The notes beneath the pieces are model-generated. The model searched no databases. It worked only from the letters and a program-made list of their open reading frames with translations, and was not told the origin of the DNA. Below are positions 18,310 through 26,487 of a DNA stretch of 64,000 nt, in pieces. Each line of letters starts with the position of its first letter. The stretch's first letter is position 1. A program made the translations under genes and the position numbers. This stretch comes from Anaerolineaceae bacterium (GTDB lineage: Bacteria > Chloroflexota > Anaerolineae > Anaerolineales > Anaerolineaceae). Location: positions 10,230 to 74,229 of the forward strand of contig JAHYJK010000002.1 of NCBI GenBank assembly GCA_019429225.1, given 5' to 3'.

Positions 18310-18837
18310 ATGGCTACAGGTACTCGGAACAAATTGGTTCTTCGCCTGGTTTACTCTTTAATAATTGCCTTTTTTTTTGGCTTTTTGATTAGCGAAGTTT
18401 CCTTTCAGATCCTCACGAGAAATACTGAAAGGGAAGTGGAAATATATGAAATCAAAATCCCCGCAGGTACATCAGAGAGAGTTGAAAAAGGATTCCCAAT
18501 TCCAACGATTCCTGAATCTATGATTTTCTTTGAAGGTGACAAAATTATTGTCCGGAATGATGATGGTGTCAGCCATCAATTAGGACCTATTTGGGTTCCA
18601 GCGGGATCAACCGGAACCTTGACATTGGAAAAACCTCAAACGTATTCTTTAGCTTGTACATTTCAACCTTCAAAATTGATGGGGTTGGAAGTACGTCCCC
18701 GCCTGACAAATGATATTCGTTTTCAAGGAATTTTGGCAATAGGTCTCCCTTCAGGCATATTAATTTGGTTATTTTCAATCGTGATTTTTCCTCTAGATTC
18801 TAAAAAAATCGAGGTGAATAGCAATTATGAAGAATAA
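18310..18837 (+). CDS. Hypothetical bitopic membrane protein embedded in the oxidase assembly cluster
   Basis: 175 aa. TM helices at both ends flank a ~110-aa beta-rich domain (EIKIPAGTSERVEKG...IIVRNDDGVSHQLGPIWVPAGSTGTL...). No recognisable metal-site motif. Confidence 0.5.
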   Translation: MATGTRNKLVLRLVYSLIIAFFFGFLISEVSFQILTRNTEREVEIYEIKIPAGTSERVEKGFPIPTIPESMIFFEGDKIIVRNDDGVSHQLGPIWVPAGSTGTLTLEKPQTYSLACTFQPSKLMGLEVRPRLTNDIRFQGILAIGLPSGILIWLFSIVIFPLDSKKIEVNSNYEE

Positions 18838-19576
18838 AGAAATCCTGAAGTGGACGCTGACAACCATTCTCGTTCTGATTGGGGTGTATGTTCTTATTCG
18901 ACTGGGATTTTGGCAATTAGATCGTTTAGAGAGCAAACGACAATTTAACCAACATTATCTTCAACAAATGGCTTCTCCAATCATTCATTTAAATGATGAG
19001 ATCAATCATCAGGAATTAGTGAATATGGAATACCGAGAAGTTACTGTATCTGGATACTATGAATTTTCAAACGAAATATATTTACAAAATCAAGCCTATG
19101 AAAATATTCCTGGTTACAGAGTTGTTACACCTTTAAAAATAGACAATAGCGAAAATTTTGTTTATATCGAAAGGGGTTGGATATCACTCGAGGATTTGAA
19201 GGATATAGAAGGCATAAACAGTAATTACACACAACATCAAAATCTTGAAGGAATCATCAGACTTCCACAATCTGAGAGTGATTTTGGCGGGAAATCATCC
19301 AATGCAACTGAATCGAATTCTCAATTTTTCCTTTATGTTGACATTGATTTGCTAACAACAGAAATGGAATACGGGTTACTACCAATTTATGTTCAACTGA
19401 AAGATGAAAATAATGATCACAAACCTTATTCAAAATTGCCTGAAATTGAAATAACTGAAGGGCCACATTTTGGGTATGCCATGCAATGGTTCTTTTTTGC
19501 TAGTTTATTGGGGATTGGGTATCCATTTTTCGTTCGGAAACAAATATGGGGTGAAAAAAATAGGAGCAGGGAATGA
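18827..19576 (+). CDS. SURF1-family cytochrome oxidase assembly protein
   Basis: 249 aa. GFWQLDRLESKRQ, ERGWI, HFGYAMQWFFFA. Confidence 0.8.
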   Translation: MKNKEILKWTLTTILVLIGVYVLIRLGFWQLDRLESKRQFNQHYLQQMASPIIHLNDEINHQELVNMEYREVTVSGYYEFSNEIYLQNQAYENIPGYRVVTPLKIDNSENFVYIERGWISLEDLKDIEGINSNYTQHQNLEGIIRLPQSESDFGGKSSNATESNSQFFLYVDIDLLTTEMEYGLLPIYVQLKDENNDHKPYSKLPEIEITEGPHFGYAMQWFFFASLLGIGYPFFVRKQIWGEKNRSRE

Positions 19577-21348
19577 ATATATTAAAACCATTATTAGAAG
19601 TAAAAACGAAATTAAAATTCTTACACTTCATCATAATCAACATCATTATGTTTGGAGCAGTGATAATCACCAATTCAATGTTTCGTTTTGAAAATCAAAT
19701 ATTTTCATGTTCATTCTGGTTAACCTGTGAAAATGATGGTTCTTTATCAAACAGTCTTAACCTGATTTCACAGATAATTTTTTCCAGTTTGGGTTTGCTT
19801 TCATTATTGACTGCTAGAAAATATTATTTCAATAAGCATGAAAATAAAATTGATAATAAATTCTTTATTATTTCACTCATTATGGCAAGCTTGGTCTTTC
19901 TCGTTAACCTCAATTCGTTATTCATCAAACCTACTCATCCATACATCCCTACATTTATCTCATTGTTCTTGACAATTGTTTTGACGACATGGTTTGTTCG
20001 AAGAAAATATGTAAATGATACTCCTGGAAAATTTCCGGGTAAAAATAATTCACTAACTTTTTTATTGATTTCCTCAATTTTCATGATAGGACTTGGAATT
20101 CTGATTTCATATTCCGGTTCATCTAAATTATGCAATCAATTTCCTATTTGTTTTTCTCCTGATGGACTGACTATTGATATGGTTCTGGTAAATGCTCACC
20201 GTTTTTTCACCTTAACAACCGGTGTACTGATGACTAAGTTATTATTCAATACCTGGCAAAAAAGTAGAGAAAATAATGATTTGTTAATCTCAGTAACAAT
20301 CAGTTTTATTGTTTTTATCGGACAAAGCATGATAGGTGGCATTCAAGCAATTAGTAATTTGCCTTTGGACTTGCTATTCGTTCATTCGGTTAGTTCTGTC
20401 ATTTATCTACTTTCAGTAGTGTATGCATTTCAAGCAGGAAAATTTGTTCTCGCGTCGCTTGTTATAGAAACAAAAACCATTTTCAATGATTCACAACGGA
20501 GAAAAGATTTTTTGATCTTGAATAAGCCGATTATTGTAGCTTTGTTACTTGTGACTACATATGCAGGTATGGTTGTGGGTGGAGAAAAAATTCCTTCATT
20601 TTCATTGACTTTCTGGACCATGCTCGGTGGAGCCTTAGCCGCCGGTGGCGCATCTGCCATTAACCAATACATTGATCGCAAAATCGATTTATCCATGCAA
20701 AGGACAGCAAAACGTCCCCTTCCCTCTGGGCGCTTACACCCAACTGAAGCATTAGCTTTAGGAATTTTTGAAATTATTCTTTCCTTTTACATTTATACTG
20801 CATTTGTCAATTTGAATGCAGCCCTACTTGCTATGGCCGGGATGGTTTATTATGTTTTCATTTATAGCAGCTGGCTGAAACACATTACTGTTCAAAATAT
20901 TGTAATCGGAGGAGGAGCAGGTGCTATCCCACCGCTTGTTGGTTGGGCAGCAGCTACAGGTGGATTGAATATTCCTTCGTTGCTCTTATTTGCTTTGGTA
21001 TTTTTATGGACTCCACCGCACTTTTGGGCTTTGGCGCTTGTTAGAAAAAATGACTATGCCAGAGCGAGTATTCCAATGATGCCGGTTATCATGGGTGAAA
21101 AGAAAACTCGCTTCCAAATATTGATTTACACCATTCAATTGGTCGTTTTAACATTATTGATGCCATTATTTGGTATTGGTGGAAGTGTATATTTTATTCT
21201 TGCAACCGTTTTAGGTTTGTGGTTGCTCAGTACAGCCTGGCAGGTGTTTAAAATAGAAGGCAATAAAATTGCTTTTAAAATGTACCGATACTCAAGTATG
21301 TATCTTGCATTTATATTTTTTGCTATGGTGATAGATGTCTTATTGTAG
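19573..21348 (+). CDS. Fusion of a heme A synthase-like domain (CtaA/COX15) with heme O synthase (protoheme IX farnesyltransferase, CtaB)
   Basis: 591 aa. The C-terminal ~290 aa has the UbiA motif NQYIDRKIDLSMQRTAKRPLPSGRL and WTPPHFWALA (CtaB). The N-terminal ~300 aa has 8 predicted helices with CSFWLTC and CNQFPIC Cys pairs, AHRFF and FVHS (CtaA-like). ATGA overlap with SURF1. Confidence 0.75.
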   Translation: MNILKPLLEVKTKLKFLHFIIINIIMFGAVIITNSMFRFENQIFSCSFWLTCENDGSLSNSLNLISQIIFSSLGLLSLLTARKYYFNKHENKIDNKFFIISLIMASLVFLVNLNSLFIKPTHPYIPTFISLFLTIVLTTWFVRRKYVNDTPGKFPGKNNSLTFLLISSIFMIGLGILISYSGSSKLCNQFPICFSPDGLTIDMVLVNAHRFFTLTTGVLMTKLLFNTWQKSRENNDLLISVTISFIVFIGQSMIGGIQAISNLPLDLLFVHSVSSVIYLLSVVYAFQAGKFVLASLVIETKTIFNDSQRRKDFLILNKPIIVALLLVTTYAGMVVGGEKIPSFSLTFWTMLGGALAAGGASAINQYIDRKIDLSMQRTAKRPLPSGRLHPTEALALGIFEIILSFYIYTAFVNLNAALLAMAGMVYYVFIYSSWLKHITVQNIVIGGGAGAIPPLVGWAAATGGLNIPSLLLFALVFLWTPPHFWALALVRKNDYARASIPMMPVIMGEKKTRFQILIYTIQLVVLTLLMPLFGIGGSVYFILATVLGLWLLSTAWQVFKIEGNKIAFKMYRYSSMYLAFIFFAMVIDVLL

Positions 21349-21351
21349 ATC

Positions 21352-21407
21352 AAAAAAAATAGAGAGATTTTATAAATTTATGTAAAATCTCTCTATTTTT
21401 TTTATTT
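21352..21407. terminator. Bidirectional rho-independent terminator (cox operon / rsfS)
   Basis: A8, 14-bp stem atagagagatttta/taaaatctctctat (21359-21372 / 21383-21396), 10-nt loop, T-run. Confidence 0.8.
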
Positions 21408-21442
21408 TGCAGATCCAGAAATGATGTTGATAACCATTCAAT

Positions 21443-21772
21443 TTATTGAAGCTTTACCAATACTTTTCCTTCATTCCACAGTTCCTCCAGCCGATAATAA
21501 TCTCTTTTTTCTGGAGAAAATAGATGTACAATCACGTCACCTAAGTCCAGCAGGACCCAACCATACACGCTGTCTCCTTCTGGGGATGACGAAATTTTGA
21601 ATTCTTTCTTTACTTCATCTTTGACTTCTTTAGATAATGCATCTAACATCCGGTCACTTGTGCCGGAACAAAAAACAAAATAATCTGTAAATGGGACTAC
21701 TTTTTGAACATCCATGAGGAGAATATCCTCACCTTTTTTTTCGTCAAGAATGTCCACTATAAATTTTGCCAA
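21443..21772 (-). CDS. rsfS: Ribosomal silencing factor RsfS (Iojap)
   Basis: 109 aa. DILDEKKGEDILLMDV...TDYFVFCSGTS.R...A......WVLLDLGDVIVHLF..E.R.YY.LE.LW is the canonical RsfS pattern. TTG start. Confidence 0.85.
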   Translation of the reverse strand: MAKFIVDILDEKKGEDILLMDVQKVVPFTDYFVFCSGTSDRMLDALSKEVKDEVKKEFKISSSPEGDSVYGWVLLDLGDVIVHLFSPEKRDYYRLEELWNEGKVLVKLQ

Positions 21773-21847
21773 ATCAATACTATTCAGATCTCACCTCGCA
21801 TACAATACTAGGTTTTCATTCTATCACAGATAATTTCATTTTCATGT

Positions 21848-22429
21848 TCAAAAATTATATTTATGGAGCTCAGTATAAATGGGTCCTTCGGATGTTAAAA
21901 TACTTTGATACATGCAAAAATAATTGATCGAAAAGGAAATCGAATTAATTTCCCTTCTTTTATACAATTCCTGTTTAATGATATCAAACTGATCTTTTTT
22001 AACGCCTGGCCTTAATCGGGCAATCGTTAAATGGGGTGAAAAAGATTTGCTGTCATTTTCATTTTTAACCATCGAAGTTGACTTTTCGACAAATTGGGCT
22101 AGTTCAGATAGTGTATCATGACTGGATGTGCCCACCCATATGACTTTAGGTTTGTAAATAGAAGGAAAAGCACCAATTTTATTTATCGTCAGGTTAAATG
22201 TCGAAAATCGATTGTCAGTTCTTAATTTTTCCAACAAGAAATGCAATGTTGATTTGGAAATATTTCCAAGGAATTTTAAAGTCAGGTGAATATTTCCAGG
22301 TTGAACCCATTTAACTGATTTATCGGGAAAAGTTAATTTCAAATCGGATATGATTTCAGATAAATATTCTGTAACATCTTTGGGTAACGGTATTGCAACA
22401 AACGCACGAATTTCATCATCGTGATTCAT
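21848..22429 (-). CDS. thpR: RNA 2',3'-cyclic phosphodiesterase (2H family, ThpR/LigT)
   Basis: 193 aa. Two HxT motifs: HLTLKFLG and PHLTIARL. Confidence 0.8.
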   Translation of the reverse strand: MNHDDEIRAFVAIPLPKDVTEYLSEIISDLKLTFPDKSVKWVQPGNIHLTLKFLGNISKSTLHFLLEKLRTDNRFSTFNLTINKIGAFPSIYKPKVIWVGTSSHDTLSELAQFVEKSTSMVKNENDSKSFSPHLTIARLRPGVKKDQFDIIKQELYKRREINSISFSINYFCMYQSILTSEGPIYTELHKYNF

Positions 22430-22866
22430 TCAGTTTCTTTCACCTCAACGATAATATTTATCTCACCAAATTTTTCGAATGTCAAAGAAATTTCAAATTG
22501 ATCCCCAAGACTAAGATCTTGTTTTAATTTAATCAGCATAATATGATAACTCATTGGTTTGAACTCAAGCACCTGATTTGGCACAATTTCAACATATTCC
22601 TGTTGCATCATTTTCATTGTTCCATCGACCATACTACTCATGTGGATTTCGTTTAATTCTGCAACCTGACTTGTCACTGAGATGAGCTTATCTGTTTCCT
22701 GTAGATTATTTTCAATTTTAAAATACACAGCAGAAGGGTTTCCTTGTAACGCAGGTCTTGCCCAGGCTTTTTCAATGTTGATTCCATTTTCTTTTGCACT
22801 TAAATTACTGCAAGATACTAAATTAATCACAATTAATAAGTTTATGATGATGATAAATTTTCTCAT
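22426..22866 (-). CDS. Copper chaperone PCu(A)C (DUF461), lipoprotein
   Basis: ORF 22426..22872. ATG 22866 follows GGGAG. Lipobox LVSC. KAWARPA...AVYFKIEN...IHMSSMVDGTMKMMQ (H/M Cu site). Confidence 0.75.
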   Translation of the reverse strand: MRKFIIIINLLIVINLVSCSNLSAKENGINIEKAWARPALQGNPSAVYFKIENNLQETDKLISVTSQVAELNEIHMSSMVDGTMKMMQQEYVEIVPNQVLEFKPMSYHIMLIKLKQDLSLGDQFEISLTFEKFGEINIIVEVKETE

Positions 22867-22972
22867 TCCCAAACTCCCGAATTAATAAGGAGTATAAAAA
22901 TATATTACATCAAGGTCAAGTATTATGATTATGCAAATGAGACAAATCTGTTTTTATGCAAAATGGTTAATC

Positions 22973-23001
22973 TAGTCAAGGAAAATAACTTGTGGTATAA
23001 A
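22973..23001 (+). promoter_or_regulatory. Candidate extended -10 promoter of the ncRNA
   Basis: TAGTCA (22973-22978), 17-nt spacer, TGgTATAAA (22993-23001). Confidence 0.45.
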
Positions 23002-23007
23002 ATAATT

Positions 23008-23185
23008 ACCCTGTGGTGTTCGTGACTGCTGCACAACCGGTTTTGAGCCAACACCCTTAAAATGGGGCTCAGTGTCACTGAGCGTACGCGATAGGCTTGA
23101 GCCAAGGCGAAAACTCCGGAGCGGGCCCCCACCTGCATTTGCAGGTTCAAAACTATGTAGCACACGGCATTGCGGGGTATTTTTT
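23008..23185 (+). ncRNA. ssrS: Candidate 6S RNA (SsrS-like) structured ncRNA
   Basis: GC-rich ~178-nt island in an AT-rich intergenic region. The 5' end ACCCUGUGGUGUUCGUG..CUGC pairs with the 3' end GUAG..CACACGGCAUUGCGGGGU to form a long interrupted closing helix. An internal hairpin CCUGCAUUUGCAGG followed by UUCAAAAC resembles the 3' side of the central bubble of 6S RNAs. U-tract at the end. Confidence 0.5.
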
Positions 23186-23230
23186 ATTAAATTCTCCTAT
23201 AATTTAGTAATAAATTTTAAAAGGAGAATT

Positions 23231-24139
23231 ATGAATCCAAATCCATTACTCAAAAAATTAGGTTTTTCAAATAATGATCGTGTTGTTATCATCCATGCGG
23301 ATGATTTAGGTATGTGTCAGTCAACCATCACAGCTTGCAAAGAACTATTTGAAATATCTGGAATTTCTTCTGCGGCGGTTATGGTTCCCTGCCCCTGGTT
23401 CCTGTCAGCTGCCAAATTGCAGAGAGATGGTGCGAACGTTGATCTGGGTGTACATATTACACTTACCAGTGAATGGAAGGAATATCGCTGGAGACCGATA
23501 TCAACAACTGATGTTGAAAGTGGATTGTTTGATTCACAGGGGTATTTCCATGCCAGCAGTAAGCAAGTACAAAATAATGGTAACCCTGCCTTTGCTCGAA
23601 AAGAAATTAATGCTCAGGTAAATAAAGCTATTTCTGAAGGGATTGTGCCAACACATATTGACACCCATATGGGAGCCGTTGCTCATCCGAAGTTTATGTT
23701 TGATTACATAAATGCTGGTCTGAGTAGAAAAATCCCTCCGATGCTATTCCGGTTAACAAAAAATGAATGGATGGACATTGGATTGGATGAAACCAGTGCG
23801 ACTATCATTGAAAAGTTCTTGTTTAATCTCGAAGAGCAAGGTGTCCCTTTATTGGATCACCTGCGGTCCATCCCATTGGATATGCCAGATAATCGATTAG
23901 GGCAGGCAAAAGATATTTTTAAAGCACTCCCTCCTGGAATCACTCATTTCATCATTCATCCCGCTACTGAAACTTCGGAGTTAAAAGCGATAACTGCTGA
24001 TTGGATATCACGTGTGGGTGATTATCAGTTATTTCGGGATAAGGAAATCCATGATTATTTGAAAAATATTGGAATTCATGTGGTTGGCTACCAGAACATT
24101 AAATCTGCTTTTCCAATTTCGGATATTGTTCTAAGTTGA
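23231..24139 (+). CDS. YdjC/ChbG-family carbohydrate deacetylase
   Basis: The track ORF 23072..24139 starts inside the ncRNA. ATG 23231 follows AAGGAG. VVIIHADDLGM and THIDTHMG motifs. Confidence 0.7.
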   Translation: MNPNPLLKKLGFSNNDRVVIIHADDLGMCQSTITACKELFEISGISSAAVMVPCPWFLSAAKLQRDGANVDLGVHITLTSEWKEYRWRPISTTDVESGLFDSQGYFHASSKQVQNNGNPAFARKEINAQVNKAISEGIVPTHIDTHMGAVAHPKFMFDYINAGLSRKIPPMLFRLTKNEWMDIGLDETSATIIEKFLFNLEEQGVPLLDHLRSIPLDMPDNRLGQAKDIFKALPPGITHFIIHPATETSELKAITADWISRVGDYQLFRDKEIHDYLKNIGIHVVGYQNIKSAFPISDIVLS

Positions 24140-24198
24140 CAGACAATTAGAAGATTTGTACACTTATCAAAAATAACTTGATTTTTCAGGAGGCGAAC

Positions 24199-24882
24199 AT
24201 GAGCTCTAATTATCAATTGGTAATGACATCAGGACCAAATCCTGGACAAATTTTTGTCTTAGATGGGACTGAATTCTCCATCGGACGGGACATTAATAAT
24301 GATTTTGTAATCAATGACACTGAAATGTCCAGGAAACATGCCAAAATTTATATCTACGGACAAGGATTTGTGATCGAGGATCTGGGTTCCACCAATGGAA
24401 CATTTGTCAATGGGCAGAGATTGGTTGGAATCCATCAGCTAGTATCTGGTGACTCGATTGCTTTTGGTGAAAATGTTAATTGTACTTTTGAAGAACCGGT
24501 TTTGGATCCAGATGCCACACGGGTTTCAGCACAGCCTCCTTCCTACAGTCCTCCCGTATCCCAGCCACCTTCTTATGGGACACCAGCCCCAACTCCTAGT
24601 ACAGCAGTTCCACCTCTGGAAACTTTCATCTCAGCTCCGCCAGCACAACAGTATGTTTCAGCACCTGGACAACCAAGTTATTCAGGAGAAGTCCCAGCCG
24701 CCTATCCTGTGGGAGAAAAACCTAAAAAGAAAAGTAAAGTTTTTCTCATTATTCTTATCTTGTTTTTACTTTTCATTTGTGGGTGTATTGTTTTTTGGAT
24801 CGTTGTTGATTCAATGAACCTTTATTGTGATCTATTTCCTGGATTAATGAATGCAATTTTTGGAAGTGGTTCCTGCCCATAA
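24199..24882 (+). CDS. FHA-domain protein with Pro-rich linker and C-terminal TM anchor
   Basis: ATG 24199 follows AGGAGG. FSIGRD...NDFVINDTEMSRKHAKI...VIEDLGSTNGTFVNG (FHA), a PPSY-rich linker, and helix VFLIILILFLLFICGCIVFWIVV. Confidence 0.8.
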   Translation: MSSNYQLVMTSGPNPGQIFVLDGTEFSIGRDINNDFVINDTEMSRKHAKIYIYGQGFVIEDLGSTNGTFVNGQRLVGIHQLVSGDSIAFGENVNCTFEEPVLDPDATRVSAQPPSYSPPVSQPPSYGTPAPTPSTAVPPLETFISAPPAQQYVSAPGQPSYSGEVPAAYPVGEKPKKKSKVFLIILILFLLFICGCIVFWIVVDSMNLYCDLFPGLMNAIFGSGSCP

Positions 24883-24966
24883 AAATTCCTATTCAAAAAG
24901 AGTGGTATCTTTCTATGCAGAGAGATTCTATCAGCAAACATAATCTAAAAATTTAGCAGGAAAGAA

Positions 24967-26259
24967 ATGCATTCAAAAAAAGTTGAAAAATCACCATCCT
25001 GGAGCAGTACTACAAAGCTGTTAGTGGCTTTGGTCATGATTGCTGTTTTCACCTTTTTCATTGTTCGATTTAATAATATTCTGGCACCATTATTTTTTGC
25101 TTTTTTACTGGCTTTTCTACTTTATCCCATTCCAGATTTTTTCAAAGAGAAATTAAAAATCTCCTGGCGTTTAACTGTCATTATTATTTACCTGATCCTA
25201 CTGGTATTATTTCTGGGATTAATCACGCTAGGTGGGTTTGCAGTTTTTGATCAGATATCAAGTCTGATTCGGTTCATTCAATTTGAAATCAGGGATTTAC
25301 CGATTTTTCTTGAGGAATTATCTCAACTTCGCTACGAATTTGGTGGTTTTGTCATCGATTTTTCCGAACTAGATCTGGTAAGTACTGGGAACCAATTGTT
25401 ATCTATGATACAACCCATGTTGTCCGGATTGGGAAATGTGGTCGGTTCTTTAGCCGGTAGTGCCGCAGCACTGATAGGTTGGTCACTATTTTCTATATTA
25501 ATTTCATACTTTATCCTCTCTGAGGCAAAAGGGGCACGCAGTGATTTAGTTAAGATTGATATTCCTGGTTATAACTACGATATCCAACTCATAGGGATTG
25601 AACTAAAGCGAACCTGGAACGCATTCTTGCGTGGTCAATTGACGATTATTTTGATCACAATCATTGTTTACATCATTTTATTAGGCGCAATGGGAGTCAA
25701 CTTTTACTATGGGTTAGCTTTTATAGCAGGATTAGCCAGGTTTGTACCCTATGTTGGACCTGCTGTTGCCTGGACATCGTATGGTTTAGTGTCCTTATTC
25801 CAGGGTACAACAATATTCGGACTTGAGCCTTTTCCTTATGCATTAGTCGTGATTGGAGTAGCCTGGATAACCGATGTAATTCTTGATAATTTTGTTGTCC
25901 CCAGATTGATGGGTGATGCGCTGAAGGTTCATCCTGCTGCTGTGATGGTTGCTGTAATTATCTCTGCCAGCTTATTTGGATTTATTGGGGTATTATTGGC
26001 TGCGCCTGTTTTAGCCACTGCGAAATTGATTGGACAGTATGTTTTTCTTAAGATGTTTGATATTGATCCATGGGAAAAAATTTCACAGGATAGAATACCA
26101 ACAGAACCAAAAATTCCCAGTCAATTCAAACCTTTTTTTCGTTTTTTCAACCGGATAAAAAATGATGTAACGAATTGGTTTAAGCACAAACTAAAAATAA
26201 AGAAGAATAATAGTAAACAAAATCAAGTATTATCAGAGAAGGAGAAAATCGATGGATAA
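24967..26259 (+). CDS. AI-2E family transporter (PerM/UPF0118)
   Basis: 430 aa polytopic. ...FVPYVGPAVAW... and ...RLMGDALKVHPAAVMVAVI..LFGFIGVLLAAPV are typical of the family. Confidence 0.75.
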   Translation: MHSKKVEKSPSWSSTTKLLVALVMIAVFTFFIVRFNNILAPLFFAFLLAFLLYPIPDFFKEKLKISWRLTVIIIYLILLVLFLGLITLGGFAVFDQISSLIRFIQFEIRDLPIFLEELSQLRYEFGGFVIDFSELDLVSTGNQLLSMIQPMLSGLGNVVGSLAGSAAALIGWSLFSILISYFILSEAKGARSDLVKIDIPGYNYDIQLIGIELKRTWNAFLRGQLTIILITIIVYIILLGAMGVNFYYGLAFIAGLARFVPYVGPAVAWTSYGLVSLFQGTTIFGLEPFPYALVVIGVAWITDVILDNFVVPRLMGDALKVHPAAVMVAVIISASLFGFIGVLLAAPVLATAKLIGQYVFLKMFDIDPWEKISQDRIPTEPKIPSQFKPFFRFFNRIKNDVTNWFKHKLKIKKNNSKQNQVLSEKEKIDG

Positions 26260-26434
26260 TGGACCATTAACGAATACGCTCAGTGAAACGTCAAACTATA
26301 TGGCTTGGAAAGCGGATGAACCGGATGGCGAGACCACGTATCATTTAGAATTAAACAATATCACTTTACATTTCTTCAAAGAAGAGTGGGTTGAATTTTT
26401 AGAATTGATTGCAAATTTAACAAAAACAAAATAA
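26252..26434 (+). CDS. Small hypothetical protein (60 aa), translationally coupled to the transporter gene
   Basis: ATGGATAA overlap with the upstream stop. No recognisable motif. Confidence 0.35.
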   Translation: MDNGPLTNTLSETSNYMAWKADEPDGETTYHLELNNITLHFFKEEWVEFLELIANLTKTK

Positions 26435-26472
26435 AAAATAGCTGTTTCAACTTAAAACAGCTATTTCATTTG
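26435..26472. terminator. Bidirectional rho-independent terminator
   Basis: A-run, stem atagctgttt/aaacagctat (26438-26447 / 26455-26464), T-rich tail. Lies between convergent genes. Confidence 0.65.
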
Positions 26473-26487
26473 TAACGCATCTGGAAA

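Noticed and set aside
22929-23165. Two minus-strand ORFs (78 and 63 aa) and the 5' extension of the plus-strand ORF starting at 23072.
   Set aside because: All three overlap the GC-rich structured RNA candidate, and their peptides are Arg/Ser/Leu-rich nonsense. The ydjC-like gene has a proper RBS and ATG at 23231.
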